DNA of 64,000 bases from the NCBI GenBank assembly GCA_002897675.1, contig BDSU01000003.1, positions 19,449-83,448 on the forward strand, written 5' to 3'. The translations under genes were made by a program, and so were the position numbers. This DNA comes from a bacterium BMS3Abin02 (GTDB lineage Bacteria > Actinomycetota > Acidimicrobiia > Spongiisociales > UBA4744). Of the stretch, positions 8,948 through 18,833 are shown piece by piece. The first letter of the stretch is position 1; every line of letters begins with the position of its first letter. Under the pieces are notes generated by a model. It made no database searches. It was not told the origin of the DNA and saw only the letters and a program-made list of their open reading frames with translations.

Positions 8948-10558
8948 TCATGGGGCTGCGGTGGGCTCCGACCGGCTGGGGAGCCTGTAGGCACGTCGCC
9001 AGCAGTTGAGGTATTGCTCCACCTCGTATTCCCAACGGGTGTCGTGCCAGCCCAGTTCGTCTTGGACGATGGTCCGGATTCGGGGAAGGAGGTCGGCACC
9101 GCCGTCCGGGACCAGTAGGCCGACGCGAACACGCCGGAGCAGGAGGTCCTCGAGATGCACGACTGCTTCGGTTCGAGCTGCCCAGCGCAGTTCGGCCCAC
9201 AGCAGCGGTGTACCGGGGATGAGCGAGAGCTCTCCTGGACCCGCGGCCTGGATGAGGGTGGCAGCATCATTCGACCACCAGCCACCCAATCTGCGAGCCA
9301 GGTCCTCGCCGAGTTCTCCAGGTGGGACGTCATCGGCCGAATCGAGCGCAGGGGCATCGTGATCGGCGGGGGCCAGGTCCGGGATGTGGGAACGCAGAGC
9401 GTCGATGGCATCACGGGCGATGAGCCGGAACGTGGTCAACTTGCCTCCGGTGAGGGTGAGCAGACCCTGTTCGTCGAGGATGATGTAGTCGCGCGACTCC
9501 TGCGACGGATTTCGCTTGCCGCTTCCGATGACGGGACGTACGCCGGAGTAGGTGGCTGTCACATCGGCAGGGCGGATATCGAGGGCCGGGAAGAACGCGT
9601 GGACGCCTTCCAGCAGATAGTCGACTTCTCGACGGCTGATGGTCGGCTCGTCGTCGAGCGGAGCAACGTGGTCGACATCCGTGGTGCCGACGATCGTGAC
9701 GCCCTCCCAGGGGAAGAAGAACACGGGTCTGCTGTCCTTGGGATGGAGGACGGCCACCGCTTGTGGAACCGGCAGGCGCCAGGCCTGGATGATCAGGTGA
9801 CTGCCGCGTAGAGGGCGGATCATCGGCTCACCGTCGACCCGGCTCCGCAGCCGGTCGGCCCAGGCACCGGTGGCGTTGATCACCGCCTTGGCGGACGCCT
9901 CGGTGGTTCGACCCGTCTCCGTGTCCAGGACTCGCACGCCCACGACTTGGCCGTCGCGCCGGAGCAGATCGACCACTCGGGCGTAGTTGAGGGCCGTGGC
10001 ACCCGACCGGACGGCTTCTTTGAGCACTCGAAGCACAAGGCGGGCATCGTCGGTGCGGGCGTCGAGATAATGGAAGCCGCCGCGCAGGCCCGTGGCTTTG
10101 ATGTGGGGGGCCAGCAGGCGGAAGTCGCCGGCATCATGGAATGCATGACGCCATTGCAGAGCGAGGAGGTCATACAACATCAGTCCCAATCGGTCCAACA
10201 GTCGACCCGGGTGTTCGCCCCGATAGGTTGCCAGGAGGAAACCGAGCGGGTCGACCAACCCGGGTCCCTCCTGGAGGAGCCGGTTGCGTTCCCGCACCGC
10301 CGCTCGAGTGATGCCGATCTTCCCTTCCTTGAGGTAGCGGAGGCCGCCATGCACGAGCTTCGAGGAGCGGCTCGAGGCGCCCCAGGCGAAATCGCGCTGC
10401 TCGACCAGCAATGCCCGCAGACCGAGTCGGGCGGCCTCGCGCAGGATGGCGGCGCCGGTGATGCCGCCACCGACAACGACGAGGTCCCACGGGCGGTCGA
10501 GCGCGGACCAGATGGCTTCCCGTCGGCCGGCCCAAGAGTTCCCGTGTGGTGCACTCAT
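8948..10558 (-). CDS. glpD: FAD-dependent glycerol-3-phosphate dehydrogenase
   Basis: N-terminal dinucleotide-binding motif DLVVVGGGITGAAILREAARLG and GlpD-like length. The start is taken at the internal ATG (MSAPHGN…), which overlaps the TGA of the upstream oxidase (ATGA). The 616-aa table ORF has an Arg-rich spurious extension. Confidence 0.85.
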   Translation of the reverse strand: MSAPHGNSWAGRREAIWSALDRPWDLVVVGGGITGAAILREAARLGLRALLVEQRDFAWGASSRSSKLVHGGLRYLKEGKIGITRAAVRERNRLLQEGPGLVDPLGFLLATYRGEHPGRLLDRLGLMLYDLLALQWRHAFHDAGDFRLLAPHIKATGLRGGFHYLDARTDDARLVLRVLKEAVRSGATALNYARVVDLLRRDGQVVGVRVLDTETGRTTEASAKAVINATGAWADRLRSRVDGEPMIRPLRGSHLIIQAWRLPVPQAVAVLHPKDSRPVFFFPWEGVTIVGTTDVDHVAPLDDEPTISRREVDYLLEGVHAFFPALDIRPADVTATYSGVRPVIGSGKRNPSQESRDYIILDEQGLLTLTGGKLTTFRLIARDAIDALRSHIPDLAPADHDAPALDSADDVPPGELGEDLARRLGGWWSNDAATLIQAAGPGELSLIPGTPLLWAELRWAARTEAVVHLEDLLLRRVRVGLLVPDGGADLLPRIRTIVQDELGWHDTRWEYEVEQYLNCWRRAYRLPSRSEPTAAP

Positions 10559-12192
10559 GGCACAAGCTTTCCGGGATTCATGAGTCCGTCCGGGTCGAAG
10601 CGACGCAACGCGTCTCCGATCACCGCCACGCCCAGCGCGCCCTTCTCGGTTTGCATGTAGGGGAGGTGGTCCAGACCCACGCCATGGTGATGGCTGATCG
10701 TGCCACCGTGGGCGAGAATCGTCTCGCTGACGGCTCGCTTCAGCCGTCGAGCGCGATCGATGGTCCTCTCGAACTCGGCGGCCGTCCGGAACACGCACGT
10801 TGTGTAGACGCTCGCTCCGGTCGGGTATACGTGGGAAATGTGGGTGAAGGTGAGAATCCGCTCATCGGTGTCATGGAGGGGAGTGTGGAGGGCAGCTTCT
10901 TCGATCGCTTCCACGATTTCGGCGACATGGGTCCAGTCCGTGGCGGTTTCCCAAGTGTCGACGGCATAGCCCATTTGCCACAGGTTGTTCCGCAGATAAG
11001 GTGCGGCGAACCGGCCGGCGAGCCAGCGGTTGCCGAGTGGGCGCCCGACGTTCACGCCGCCGTGGCGTCGGATGATGCGGATGGCGATCCTGCGAGCCCG
11101 CCGCACCTCAACGGCGGCTCCGGTAAAGCCCATGATGAGCAGGCTCTTCGCCTGGCCGATCTTCCGCAGCGAAAAGACTCTCTCCATGGCTGCGATGGCT
11201 CGCGGATGCCCGGCGAGAGCGAGCGTCAGTATGGTTTCTCGGCTGGAGCTGAGTCGAAGCATGGAAAGTGGTATCCCGGCCTGAACCATCTCGCGAATGG
11301 CGTTCTGCCCTGTAGCGAAACCGGGGAAGAACACTCCGTGAAACTGTTCCCGTTCAGGGAACCGTGTCACCCGCACGGTGGCCCGGGTAAGGACCCCGAG
11401 ACGCCCTTCGGAGCCGAGCACGAGCTGGCGGAGATCCGGACCCGCCGCCGAGGCAGGGTAGGGCGGCAATTCGATGGACCCGGCAGGCGCCTCCAATCGT
11501 CCGCCGGCGAAAAGATCTTCCATGCGTCCGTATCCGAGTGACTGCTGGCCACTGGAGCGGGTGGCCACCCAGCCGCCCAGCGTCGAGTACTCGAACGATT
11601 GGGGGAAGTGCCCCAGCGTGTAGCCGCGCGCTCGGAGCTGGCCCTCGAGGTCGGGGCCCGACACGCCGGCGCCGAAGGTGGCGAGGCGGCTCACCTCGTC
11701 GAAATGGAGCAATTGGTTGATGCGTCGCATGTCGATCGTGACGACCGGGCGATCGTCCGGTTGGGGATTGATGTGGCCCAGGACGCTCGTACCGCCCCCG
11801 TAGGGGATGAGGCGAGCCCCGATATGCGCTGCCCACGTGAGTACCTCTCTGACCTCTTCTTCGGTGCGTGGCAGCACCACCCCGTCGGGGAACGAGCCGA
11901 TCCTGCCAGAGCGGAGTGCGACCCAATCGAGGAGGCTTTGGCCGCGAGCGTGCCGGAGCCGAACGCCGGGGTCTGTGAGGACCAGTGGGTGGTGGGGGAG
12001 TCTGGGGGTCGGTACCGTGGCGATCACCGACTCGAACGGCGCGTCGTCCGGAGGCGTGCCGACACCGATGACGTTGCGCAACATGTGGGCCCCGCTGGGC
12101 GACAGAGGATGGTCGGTCCCGTCGTCTCCCCAGCCGTTCCAGCGTCGCATGGCTATGGGACGGTCAAGGTGGCGCTGCCGGCGCTTCGCCAC
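10555..12192 (-). CDS. FAD-linked oxidase (FAD_binding_4 / alkylglycerone-phosphate-synthase- or GlcD-like flavoprotein)
   Basis: 545 aa with FAD-binding PCMH-type N-domain motifs (…RLIPYGGGTSVLG…) and a C-terminal HHGVG motif. It is co-directional with glpD and overlaps it. Confidence 0.75.
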   Translation of the reverse strand: MAKRRQRHLDRPIAMRRWNGWGDDGTDHPLSPSGAHMLRNVIGVGTPPDDAPFESVIATVPTPRLPHHPLVLTDPGVRLRHARGQSLLDWVALRSGRIGSFPDGVVLPRTEEEVREVLTWAAHIGARLIPYGGGTSVLGHINPQPDDRPVVTIDMRRINQLLHFDEVSRLATFGAGVSGPDLEGQLRARGYTLGHFPQSFEYSTLGGWVATRSSGQQSLGYGRMEDLFAGGRLEAPAGSIELPPYPASAAGPDLRQLVLGSEGRLGVLTRATVRVTRFPEREQFHGVFFPGFATGQNAIREMVQAGIPLSMLRLSSSRETILTLALAGHPRAIAAMERVFSLRKIGQAKSLLIMGFTGAAVEVRRARRIAIRIIRRHGGVNVGRPLGNRWLAGRFAAPYLRNNLWQMGYAVDTWETATDWTHVAEIVEAIEEAALHTPLHDTDERILTFTHISHVYPTGASVYTTCVFRTAAEFERTIDRARRLKRAVSETILAHGGTISHHHGVGLDHLPYMQTEKGALGVAVIGDALRRFDPDGLMNPGKLVP

Positions 12193-12866
12193 AGTTCGAT
12201 GCTGTCTTCCATGACCTCCCGACTCACGCGCTCTGCAGCGTCACGATCGTTGGCCCGGGCGGCAGTCTCGAGATCCGAGTAGAAACGTCTCGACCGGTCG
12301 CGGGCCTCGGAAAGAGCGAAGTAGATACTGGCCAATCGCTCGTAGAAACCTGCGAATCCATTCAGGATGAGTGTGAAGATCGGGTTGCCGGATGCGATCG
12401 ACAATCGCCGGTGCACGTCCCAATCGAAGGCGGCGAAGGCCTCAGCCCGATCGGGAAGGTCACGATGCCGAGCGACGAGGGCTGCCACCTCGTCGGGGAC
12501 ACATGCAACTGCAGCAGCTATGTACGGCGGCGCCAGGTACAAGCGGATTTCCAGCAGATGCTCCACGAAGTCGGTGGAGAGGTGTCGCGAGTGTTCGACC
12601 AGGGCACCGAGCACGTTGAGGCCACCTTCCTGCCAGAAGTGATTCACCACCGTGCGCCTGCCCTGACGGACGGTGACCCACCCATCCCGCTCCAGGCGCT
12701 GAAGGGCCTCGCGCAACGTGGGGCGCGTGACTCCGAGACGGATAGCGAGTTGGCGTTCCCCCGGGAGCTCGGACCCTGGTGGGAACGTCCCATCCAACAC
12801 CGCCTCGACGAGCGAATGCTCGGCGTGGTCGGCCGGCCGGACGGGAGCAATCCACGTGGCGGTCAT
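12153..12866 (-). CDS. GntR-family transcriptional regulator (FadR/FCD subfamily)
   Basis: N-terminal wHTH (…GERQLAIRLGVTRPTLREALQRLERDGWV…) and a C-terminal all-helical FCD-like domain. It is the first gene of the gntR / oxidase / glpD string. Confidence 0.85.
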   Translation of the reverse strand: MTATWIAPVRPADHAEHSLVEAVLDGTFPPGSELPGERQLAIRLGVTRPTLREALQRLERDGWVTVRQGRRTVVNHFWQEGGLNVLGALVEHSRHLSTDFVEHLLEIRLYLAPPYIAAAVACVPDEVAALVARHRDLPDRAEAFAAFDWDVHRRLSIASGNPIFTLILNGFAGFYERLASIYFALSEARDRSRRFYSDLETAARANDRDAAERVSREVMEDSIELWRSAGSATLTVP

Positions 12867-12877
12867 ACGTTGTTCCT

Positions 12878-12901
12878 AACTGGTGAGTGGTCTTACCAGT
12901 T
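12878..12901. promoter_or_regulatory. candidate FadR-type operator: inverted repeat AACTGGT-N10-ACCAGTT immediately upstream of the gntR start codon
   Basis: aactggtgagtggtcttaccagtt lies 12-35 nt upstream of the ATG at 12866. The TGGT…ACCA core is the classical GntR/FadR operator half-site arrangement. Confidence 0.4.
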
Positions 12902-13700
12902 GCCATGTTACACCTGAGAACCCGGGAAGTGGATACGGAATCCGTCCGTCTTCCGGGGGTTGTCGACTCTCGTTCCGAGTCGTTCGGTCATCGTCATATG
13001 TACTGCCGATCGGCACCATGGTTCCGGTCGCCGGCCGTTCACAGAGCAGCAGAATCTCGAACGGTGCCGCCCAGGACCAGAGGCGGTTCGAACAGGCCAC
13101 CGGTCGTCGCGTGGGCTCCGGTTCGTATCTTGACGACCGACGTAATCGATTCGCGGGAACGCCACATCGGAGCCGTCGCTTTCGCAACTCTGTTCGAAGG
13201 CGAGAGGGTCACGATCGAGTGAACCGTGATGCCATGATGGCCCACTCGTGATGCTCTAACCCGGGCTGCTCGGCGAGCGGTTCGAGGTTTCATCGGCACC
13301 AATCGGCGCCGATGTTTGCGAAATGAGCGCTCACATGCAGCAAAGGCCCGATAAACCTGCGAAAGTCCGAGACAGGGTCATCGGAATCGGCCATACTGCC
13401 CGCATGCATTTTGCCAGGTGTCGCTCGAGGGCGTTTTGGCTCACCCAACATCCACGATCTGCGTCCTGCCAGAGACGGAGACGCGCGGACAACTCGGACA
13501 TCGCAGCAACTCTCTGGGCATCGCTCGACAGTCGAGTGTGTCCTCGACACGAGGAACACACCTCACACACAGCTACCGCACAGACCACCAACTTTGCTCA
13601 AAAGGAGTCCGGATGACGTGTCGATGGATGGTCGAAGAGGAGACGAAAGGACCCGCTGCATCTCCCGGTTCGCGCGAACGTTGCGGAGGCTCACCTTCCC

Positions 13701-14276
13701 GTGAGAGACTCTGTCATCATGACGAATACTGAGATGCGTGACGCCGTCGGGCTCTTATGGCCCGAGCTCGACTGGATCCAAGATGAGGATCTCCGAGAGA
13801 GAACCCTCGCCACCTGGGTACTCGCATTCGAGCGCAGTCCGCTGGAACCGGACGACCTGCATGAGATCCCCTTTACACTGCTCGTCCCCGACTGCCCGAC
13901 GTCGTTCATGGAACACAAACGCTGTGTCGTGCACATCGCCCGCGGAGCTGCCGAAGCGATGCAGGAGTTTCTCGGGGACGCACTCACCATCGATATGGAC
14001 ACGGTGATCGCCGGCGGGATTCTGATCGATGTAGGCAAGCTGCTCGAGTACGAAAAGGTCGCCGGCGAGGCCGTCCAGAGCGAGTTGGGCCGCTACCTGC
14101 GCCATCCGTTCACAGGTGTGTCGCTCGCCATGGAGTGCGGTGTCCCCGACTCGGTTTGTCATATCATCGCCGCCCACTCCAAAGAGGGGGATCTGATCAC
14201 GCGTTCCGTGGAGGCAACGATTCTGCACCATGCCGACTTCATGAGTTTTCTTCCTTTCAAGGACCTGACGAGGTAG
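13701..14276 (+). CDS. HD-domain protein (putative metal-dependent phosphohydrolase)
   Basis: 191 aa with His/Asp-rich segments (…CVVHIARG…, …IIAAHSKEGD…LHHADF…). The alternative start MTNTEMRD is at 13719. It is the first gene of the co-directional cluster. Confidence 0.5.
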   Translation: MRDSVIMTNTEMRDAVGLLWPELDWIQDEDLRERTLATWVLAFERSPLEPDDLHEIPFTLLVPDCPTSFMEHKRCVVHIARGAAEAMQEFLGDALTIDMDTVIAGGILIDVGKLLEYEKVAGEAVQSELGRYLRHPFTGVSLAMECGVPDSVCHIIAAHSKEGDLITRSVEATILHHADFMSFLPFKDLTR

Positions 14277-14282
14277 CCACCA

Positions 14283-15683
14283 ATGAAGAGTCCCCATCCC
14301 GTTTCCGAGATGATCACCGCCCCGATGGCCCGCTGGGCCGCCGACCTGACATTCGCCGACTTGTCCGAAGAGGCGGTGCGCCAGGCGAAGCGCTATCTGC
14401 TCGACTCGCTGGGTTGCGCTCTCGGCGGCTATACCCAACACGATGTGAAGATCCTGCTCGACGTCTTGGAGGAGACCGCCGGCTCGGGTCCGGCCACGGT
14501 GATTGGCACCGGCGCAAGGGTGGACGCCGTGTCCGCATCTCTTGTCAATGCCCTGATGGTGAGGGCGATGGACTACAACGACATCTACTGGCAACAGGAC
14601 CCGTCGCATCCCTCCGACATCATCCCCGGCGCTCTCGCCCTCGCCGAGCGCGCAGACGGAAACGGCAAGGAGCTATGCGTCGGAATCGTCCTTGGTCACG
14701 AATTCGAGATGCGGCTTTGCGAGGCTGCGTTTCCAGGCATTCGTGAGCGAGGCTGGCACCATGCCACCTTCACGGCTTTCGCCGCCGCCCTCGTGGCGGG
14801 GCGGATGCTGCATCTCGACGCCGAACGCATCCAACATGCAGTCGGGATCTCGGGAAGCTCCCACGGGACGTTCGGCGCGGTGACAGCCGGCAAGCTCACG
14901 ATGATGAAGAACACCGTGGATCCTCTTGCGACGCAACGCGGGGTCCTGGCCGCCCTCCTTGCAGAACGGGGCTACACAGGACCAGAGCACGTGATCGACG
15001 GCAAGGAAGGATTGGTCGAAACGCTCGGCCCCGACTGGAAACTGGACATCCTGACGGACGGGCTCGGGGAATCGTGGCGTATCACACGCTGCGGCATGAA
15101 GGCATTTCCGACCGAAGCCCTGACACATACACCGATTTCCGCAGTGCTCGACCTGGTGACGGAGCATGACCTTTCTGCAGACGACGTCGAGGAGGTCCGT
15201 ATCCGATCTCTCGCGCGAGCTGCGGACATCCTGGCGGATCCCAGCAAGTACACGCCGCACAACAGAGAGACCGCCGACCACAGCCTGCCCTACGTGATTG
15301 CTGCGGCTTTGGTCGACCGACAGGTCACGCCGCTCCAATTCACGACCGCCAAGATCGAAGATCCTCGCATTCGGGCACAGCTGAACAAGGTGATCGTGGT
15401 CGCGGACCCGGAGATCGAGAAGGACTTCCCGGCGCGGCAACGTGTCGCCGTGACCATCACCACCATCGACGGCCGAAACCTCACGAAGGAGCTGGACTAT
15501 CCAAAAGGGCATCCAAGCAATCCGCTCACCACCACTGAGATCGAGCAGAAGTTTGATGCACTTGCGGCGCCGGTCATGTCGTCAGGACGTCGCCAACAGA
15601 TCAAAGATGCCGTCTGGAACCTGGAGAACCTCGACACCGTGCGTGATCTGACCGAACTGTTGCGTGTTGATGGTGTGTCGTGA
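14283..15683 (+). CDS. MmgE/PrpD-family protein (2-methylcitrate dehydratase / cis-aconitate decarboxylase family)
   Basis: 466 aa of full-length MmgE/PrpD architecture. Its stop overlaps the next gene's start by 4 nt. Confidence 0.85.
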   Translation: MKSPHPVSEMITAPMARWAADLTFADLSEEAVRQAKRYLLDSLGCALGGYTQHDVKILLDVLEETAGSGPATVIGTGARVDAVSASLVNALMVRAMDYNDIYWQQDPSHPSDIIPGALALAERADGNGKELCVGIVLGHEFEMRLCEAAFPGIRERGWHHATFTAFAAALVAGRMLHLDAERIQHAVGISGSSHGTFGAVTAGKLTMMKNTVDPLATQRGVLAALLAERGYTGPEHVIDGKEGLVETLGPDWKLDILTDGLGESWRITRCGMKAFPTEALTHTPISAVLDLVTEHDLSADDVEEVRIRSLARAADILADPSKYTPHNRETADHSLPYVIAAALVDRQVTPLQFTTAKIEDPRIRAQLNKVIVVADPEIEKDFPARQRVAVTITTIDGRNLTKELDYPKGHPSNPLTTTEIEQKFDALAAPVMSSGRRQQIKDAVWNLENLDTVRDLTELLRVDGVS

Positions 15684-17626
15684 CCAGGCCCCAAACGGTC
15701 GTTGAGGCGATAACGCAAACCCATCTCGCCGGCACTGTCAAGAGTGGATCGGTCCAAGCCGGTGACTTTGTGACCATTCGCCCCGACCACGTGCTGACCC
15801 ACGACAACACGGCTCCCGTGCTGAAGAAGTTCCAGACGATGGGGGCAACACGCGTCTCGGATCCAAAACAGCCCGTGTTCGCTCTCGACCACGATATCCA
15901 GAACACGTCGGAGGCCAACCTGGCGAAGTACCGGAAGATCGAGGAGTTCGCCAGGAGTCAGGGCGTCGATTTCTACGCCGCCGGCGAAGGAATCGGCCAT
16001 CAGATCATGGTCGAACAGGGATATGTCACTCCCGGTTCGTTCGTCGTCGCATCCGACTCGCATGCGAATATCTACGGTGCGCTCGGAGCGATAGGAACGC
16101 CTGTCGTGCGTACCGACGCCGCCGCGATCTGGGCGACTCGCGAGTTCTGGTGGCAGGTTCCGCGCACCGTCCGCGTCGAGTTGATAGGAGAGCTTCCTTC
16201 GGGAGCAGCCGGAAAGGATGTGATCCTCATCCTATGCGGGCTCTACTCCCATGGAGAAGTACTCAATGCCGCCGTCGAATTCACCGGACCCGGAGTGAAG
16301 AGCCTGACCATGGAAGCACGGCTCACCATCTCGAACATGACGACCGAATGGGGTGCCTTGGTCGGATGGTTCCCCGTCGACCGGATCACCCTCGACTACC
16401 TCGCGTGGCGGCGTGGAGCCATCGGACCCAGAGGACGGCGACGCCTTGGTGACATCCGAGATACGGTGGCCGGTTATGCGAGCGCCGATCCGGATGCCCG
16501 CTACGCGGCGAACATCGTGTTCGACCTCGGCGAAGTCATTCCGCATGTCAACGGTCCCGATACCGTGCAGGCGACGAGGTCGCTCATGACCATCCAGGAA
16601 CAGGCCGTGTCCATCGACAAGGCCTACCTGGTCTCGTGTGTGAATTCGCGCTTCGAGGATCTCGCCGCGGCAGCGAGGGAACTCGTGGGCAGACACGTCG
16701 CGGACGGCGTCGAGCTGTATTTCGCTGCAGCCAGTCGCGAGGTTCAAGAGCGTGCCGAAGCTGCCGGACACTGGCAGACGATCCTCGATGCGGGCGGGCG
16801 ACCGTTGCCACCCGGGTGCGGTCCGTGCATCGGTCTTGGGACCGGTCTGCTCGCAGCGGGGGAGGTGGGGATCTCTGCGACGAACCGCAACTTCAAAGGC
16901 CGCATGGGCTCACGCGACGCTCAATGCTATCTCGCCAGCCCTCAGGTGGTGGCCGCCTCCGCGGTGGCCGGCCATATCTGTGGTCCGGGTGACTGGCCAG
17001 ACCATGTTCTGCAGCCGAGTATCGACGTCGCCGACCGCTCGGTGCCAGATGTTGCGAAGAGTGTGACGATCAAAGAAGGGTTCCCTGCCCGGCTGGAAGG
17101 CCGGATCGTGTTGCTCACCCAGGACAACATCAATACCGACGGCATCTATGGCAAGGACTACACCTATCGTGACGACATGACTCCCGAAGCCATGGCCCGT
17201 GTCGTCATGGAGAACTACGATCCGGAGTTCGCCTCCATGATCCGACCCGGTGACATCCTCATCGGCGGTCACAACTTCGGGACAGGCTCGAGTCGGGAAC
17301 AGGCGGCGACCGCTCTCCAGGCGGCGGGCATTGCCATGGTGATTGCCTCCAGCTACTCACAGACGTACCTGCGCAATGCATTCAACAACGGCTTTGTGTG
17401 CGTCGAATGCCCTGAGCTCGTCGCCTACCTGCGGGAGATGTTCGCAACGGCGATCGACCGCGGCGCCCGTTCCATCTTCTCGGATGACACGTTGAGTGTC
17501 GACTTCACGACCGGGAAGGTCTCCGTCGAAAACCGCGTGTTCCGTTTTCCCGTCCTCGGTGAAGTTCCCCAATCTCTCGTGGCGGCGGGCGGTCTGGAGA
17601 ACGCCGTTCGCCGGAGGCTTTCATGA
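15680..17626 (+). CDS. aconitase-family hydro-lyase with fused LeuC-like large and LeuD-like small domains
   Basis: 648 aa with the ASDSH motif, the Fe-S ligand region PGCGPCIGLGTG, NRNFKGRMG, and a C-terminal swivel domain with GHNFGTGSSRE. Confidence 0.8.
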   Translation: MTRPQTVVEAITQTHLAGTVKSGSVQAGDFVTIRPDHVLTHDNTAPVLKKFQTMGATRVSDPKQPVFALDHDIQNTSEANLAKYRKIEEFARSQGVDFYAAGEGIGHQIMVEQGYVTPGSFVVASDSHANIYGALGAIGTPVVRTDAAAIWATREFWWQVPRTVRVELIGELPSGAAGKDVILILCGLYSHGEVLNAAVEFTGPGVKSLTMEARLTISNMTTEWGALVGWFPVDRITLDYLAWRRGAIGPRGRRRLGDIRDTVAGYASADPDARYAANIVFDLGEVIPHVNGPDTVQATRSLMTIQEQAVSIDKAYLVSCVNSRFEDLAAAARELVGRHVADGVELYFAAASREVQERAEAAGHWQTILDAGGRPLPPGCGPCIGLGTGLLAAGEVGISATNRNFKGRMGSRDAQCYLASPQVVAASAVAGHICGPGDWPDHVLQPSIDVADRSVPDVAKSVTIKEGFPARLEGRIVLLTQDNINTDGIYGKDYTYRDDMTPEAMARVVMENYDPEFASMIRPGDILIGGHNFGTGSSREQAATALQAAGIAMVIASSYSQTYLRNAFNNGFVCVECPELVAYLREMFATAIDRGARSIFSDDTLSVDFTTGKVSVENRVFRFPVLGEVPQSLVAAGGLENAVRRRLS

Positions 17627-17651
17627 CATGACAACGCACAAGGAGGATGCA

Positions 17652-18833
17652 ATGACTCGAAGGACCGTCGTGACGATGCCAGGTGATGGCATCGGCGCCT
17701 TTGTCCTCCCTGAATCGATCCGCGTCCTCGACGCCGTCGGTTTCGAAGCAGACTACGTCCAGGCCGACATCGGCTGGGAGTGCTGGCGGGAACAGGGCAA
17801 CCCCCTCCCTGAGGCTACGATCGATCTTCTGGCCAAGCACAAGCTCGGTCTGTTCGGCGCGATCACCTCCAAGCCAAAGGCAGCGGCGGAAGCGGAGCTC
17901 GCTCCTGAATTACGCGGCCAGGGCCACGTGTACTTCAGCCCAATCGTGAGCCTTCGTCAGCGCTTCGGCCTGGACATCTGCGTTCGACCCTGTCGTTCCT
18001 ACACGGGCAATCCGCTCAATTTCGTTCGCCAAACCGGTAACGGTGTCGAGGAGCCGCCCGTAGACGCGGTGATCTTTCGTCAGAACACCGAAGGTCTCTA
18101 CGCCGGTATCGAGTGGACCGATCCTCCCGCCGAGGTTCTTGCGGCGCTGGCAACGCACCCCAAGTTTGCGCCGTTCACCTCGATTCCGAGCGCCGATCTG
18201 GCGATCTCCACCCGCATATTTTCACGGAACGCATGCCGGCGCATCGTCCGTTCCGCTTTCGAATACGCCACAAAGCACGGCTACGAGACGGTCACCGTGT
18301 GTGAGAAGCCCAACGTCCTGAGGGAAACATCGGGCATGCTCGAGGAGGTCGCGAAAGAGATCGGCGCCGACTACCCGGACATCGAGCGACGGTCGACGAA
18401 CATCGATGCCCAGATGATGTGGCTCACCAAGAACCCGGAGAACTACGGAGTCCTGGTGGCAGGAAACCTGTTCGGTGACATCATCTCCGACGGCTTCGCA
18501 GGACTGGTCGGTGGGCTCGGGTTCGCCTGCTCGGGGAACATCGGGGACGAGGTGGCAGTATTCGAACCGACACACGGCTCGGCGCCCAAATACGCGAACC
18601 TGGCGCCGTCGATTGTCAACCCGATCGCCATGATTCTGGCGTCTGCAATGCTGCTCGATCATGTAGGAGAGGAAGACGGGGCCGACCGGATCAGAGAAGC
18701 AGTCGGGAACGTCATTCGTGATGGTGCGGTCAGAACCTACGACATGATGCACCTTCCCGGAGGGCCGGGAGTCGTCGACGCGGGTGCTGCGACCACCTCC
18801 GAAATGACCGACGCCATTGTGAGCGCCTTATGA
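17652..18833 (+). CDS. isocitrate/isopropylmalate-dehydrogenase-family beta-hydroxyacid oxidative decarboxylase (IDH / IPMDH / tartrate-DH / homoisocitrate-DH family)
   Basis: Motifs MPGDGIG, NLFGDIISD and HGSAPK. The start is chosen at the ATG preceded by AGGAGG at 17641-17646. The table ORF (17496) overlaps the upstream gene. Confidence 0.8.
   Translation: MTRRTVVTMPGDGIGAFVLPESIRVLDAVGFEADYVQADIGWECWREQGNPLPEATIDLLAKHKLGLFGAITSKPKAAAEAELAPELRGQGHVYFSPIVSLRQRFGLDICVRPCRSYTGNPLNFVRQTGNGVEEPPVDAVIFRQNTEGLYAGIEWTDPPAEVLAALATHPKFAPFTSIPSADLAISTRIFSRNACRRIVRSAFEYATKHGYETVTVCEKPNVLRETSGMLEEVAKEIGADYPDIERRSTNIDAQMMWLTKNPENYGVLVAGNLFGDIISDGFAGLVGGLGFACSGNIGDEVAVFEPTHGSAPKYANLAPSIVNPIAMILASAMLLDHVGEEDGADRIREAVGNVIRDGAVRTYDMMHLPGGPGVVDAGAATTSEMTDAIVSAL

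Noticed and set aside
12883-13732. Several 85-120-aa ORFs on both strands inside the gntR/HD intergenic gap
   Set aside because: They are mutually overlapping, have no start-codon context or domain features, and their composition is consistent with random open frames in GC-rich DNA.
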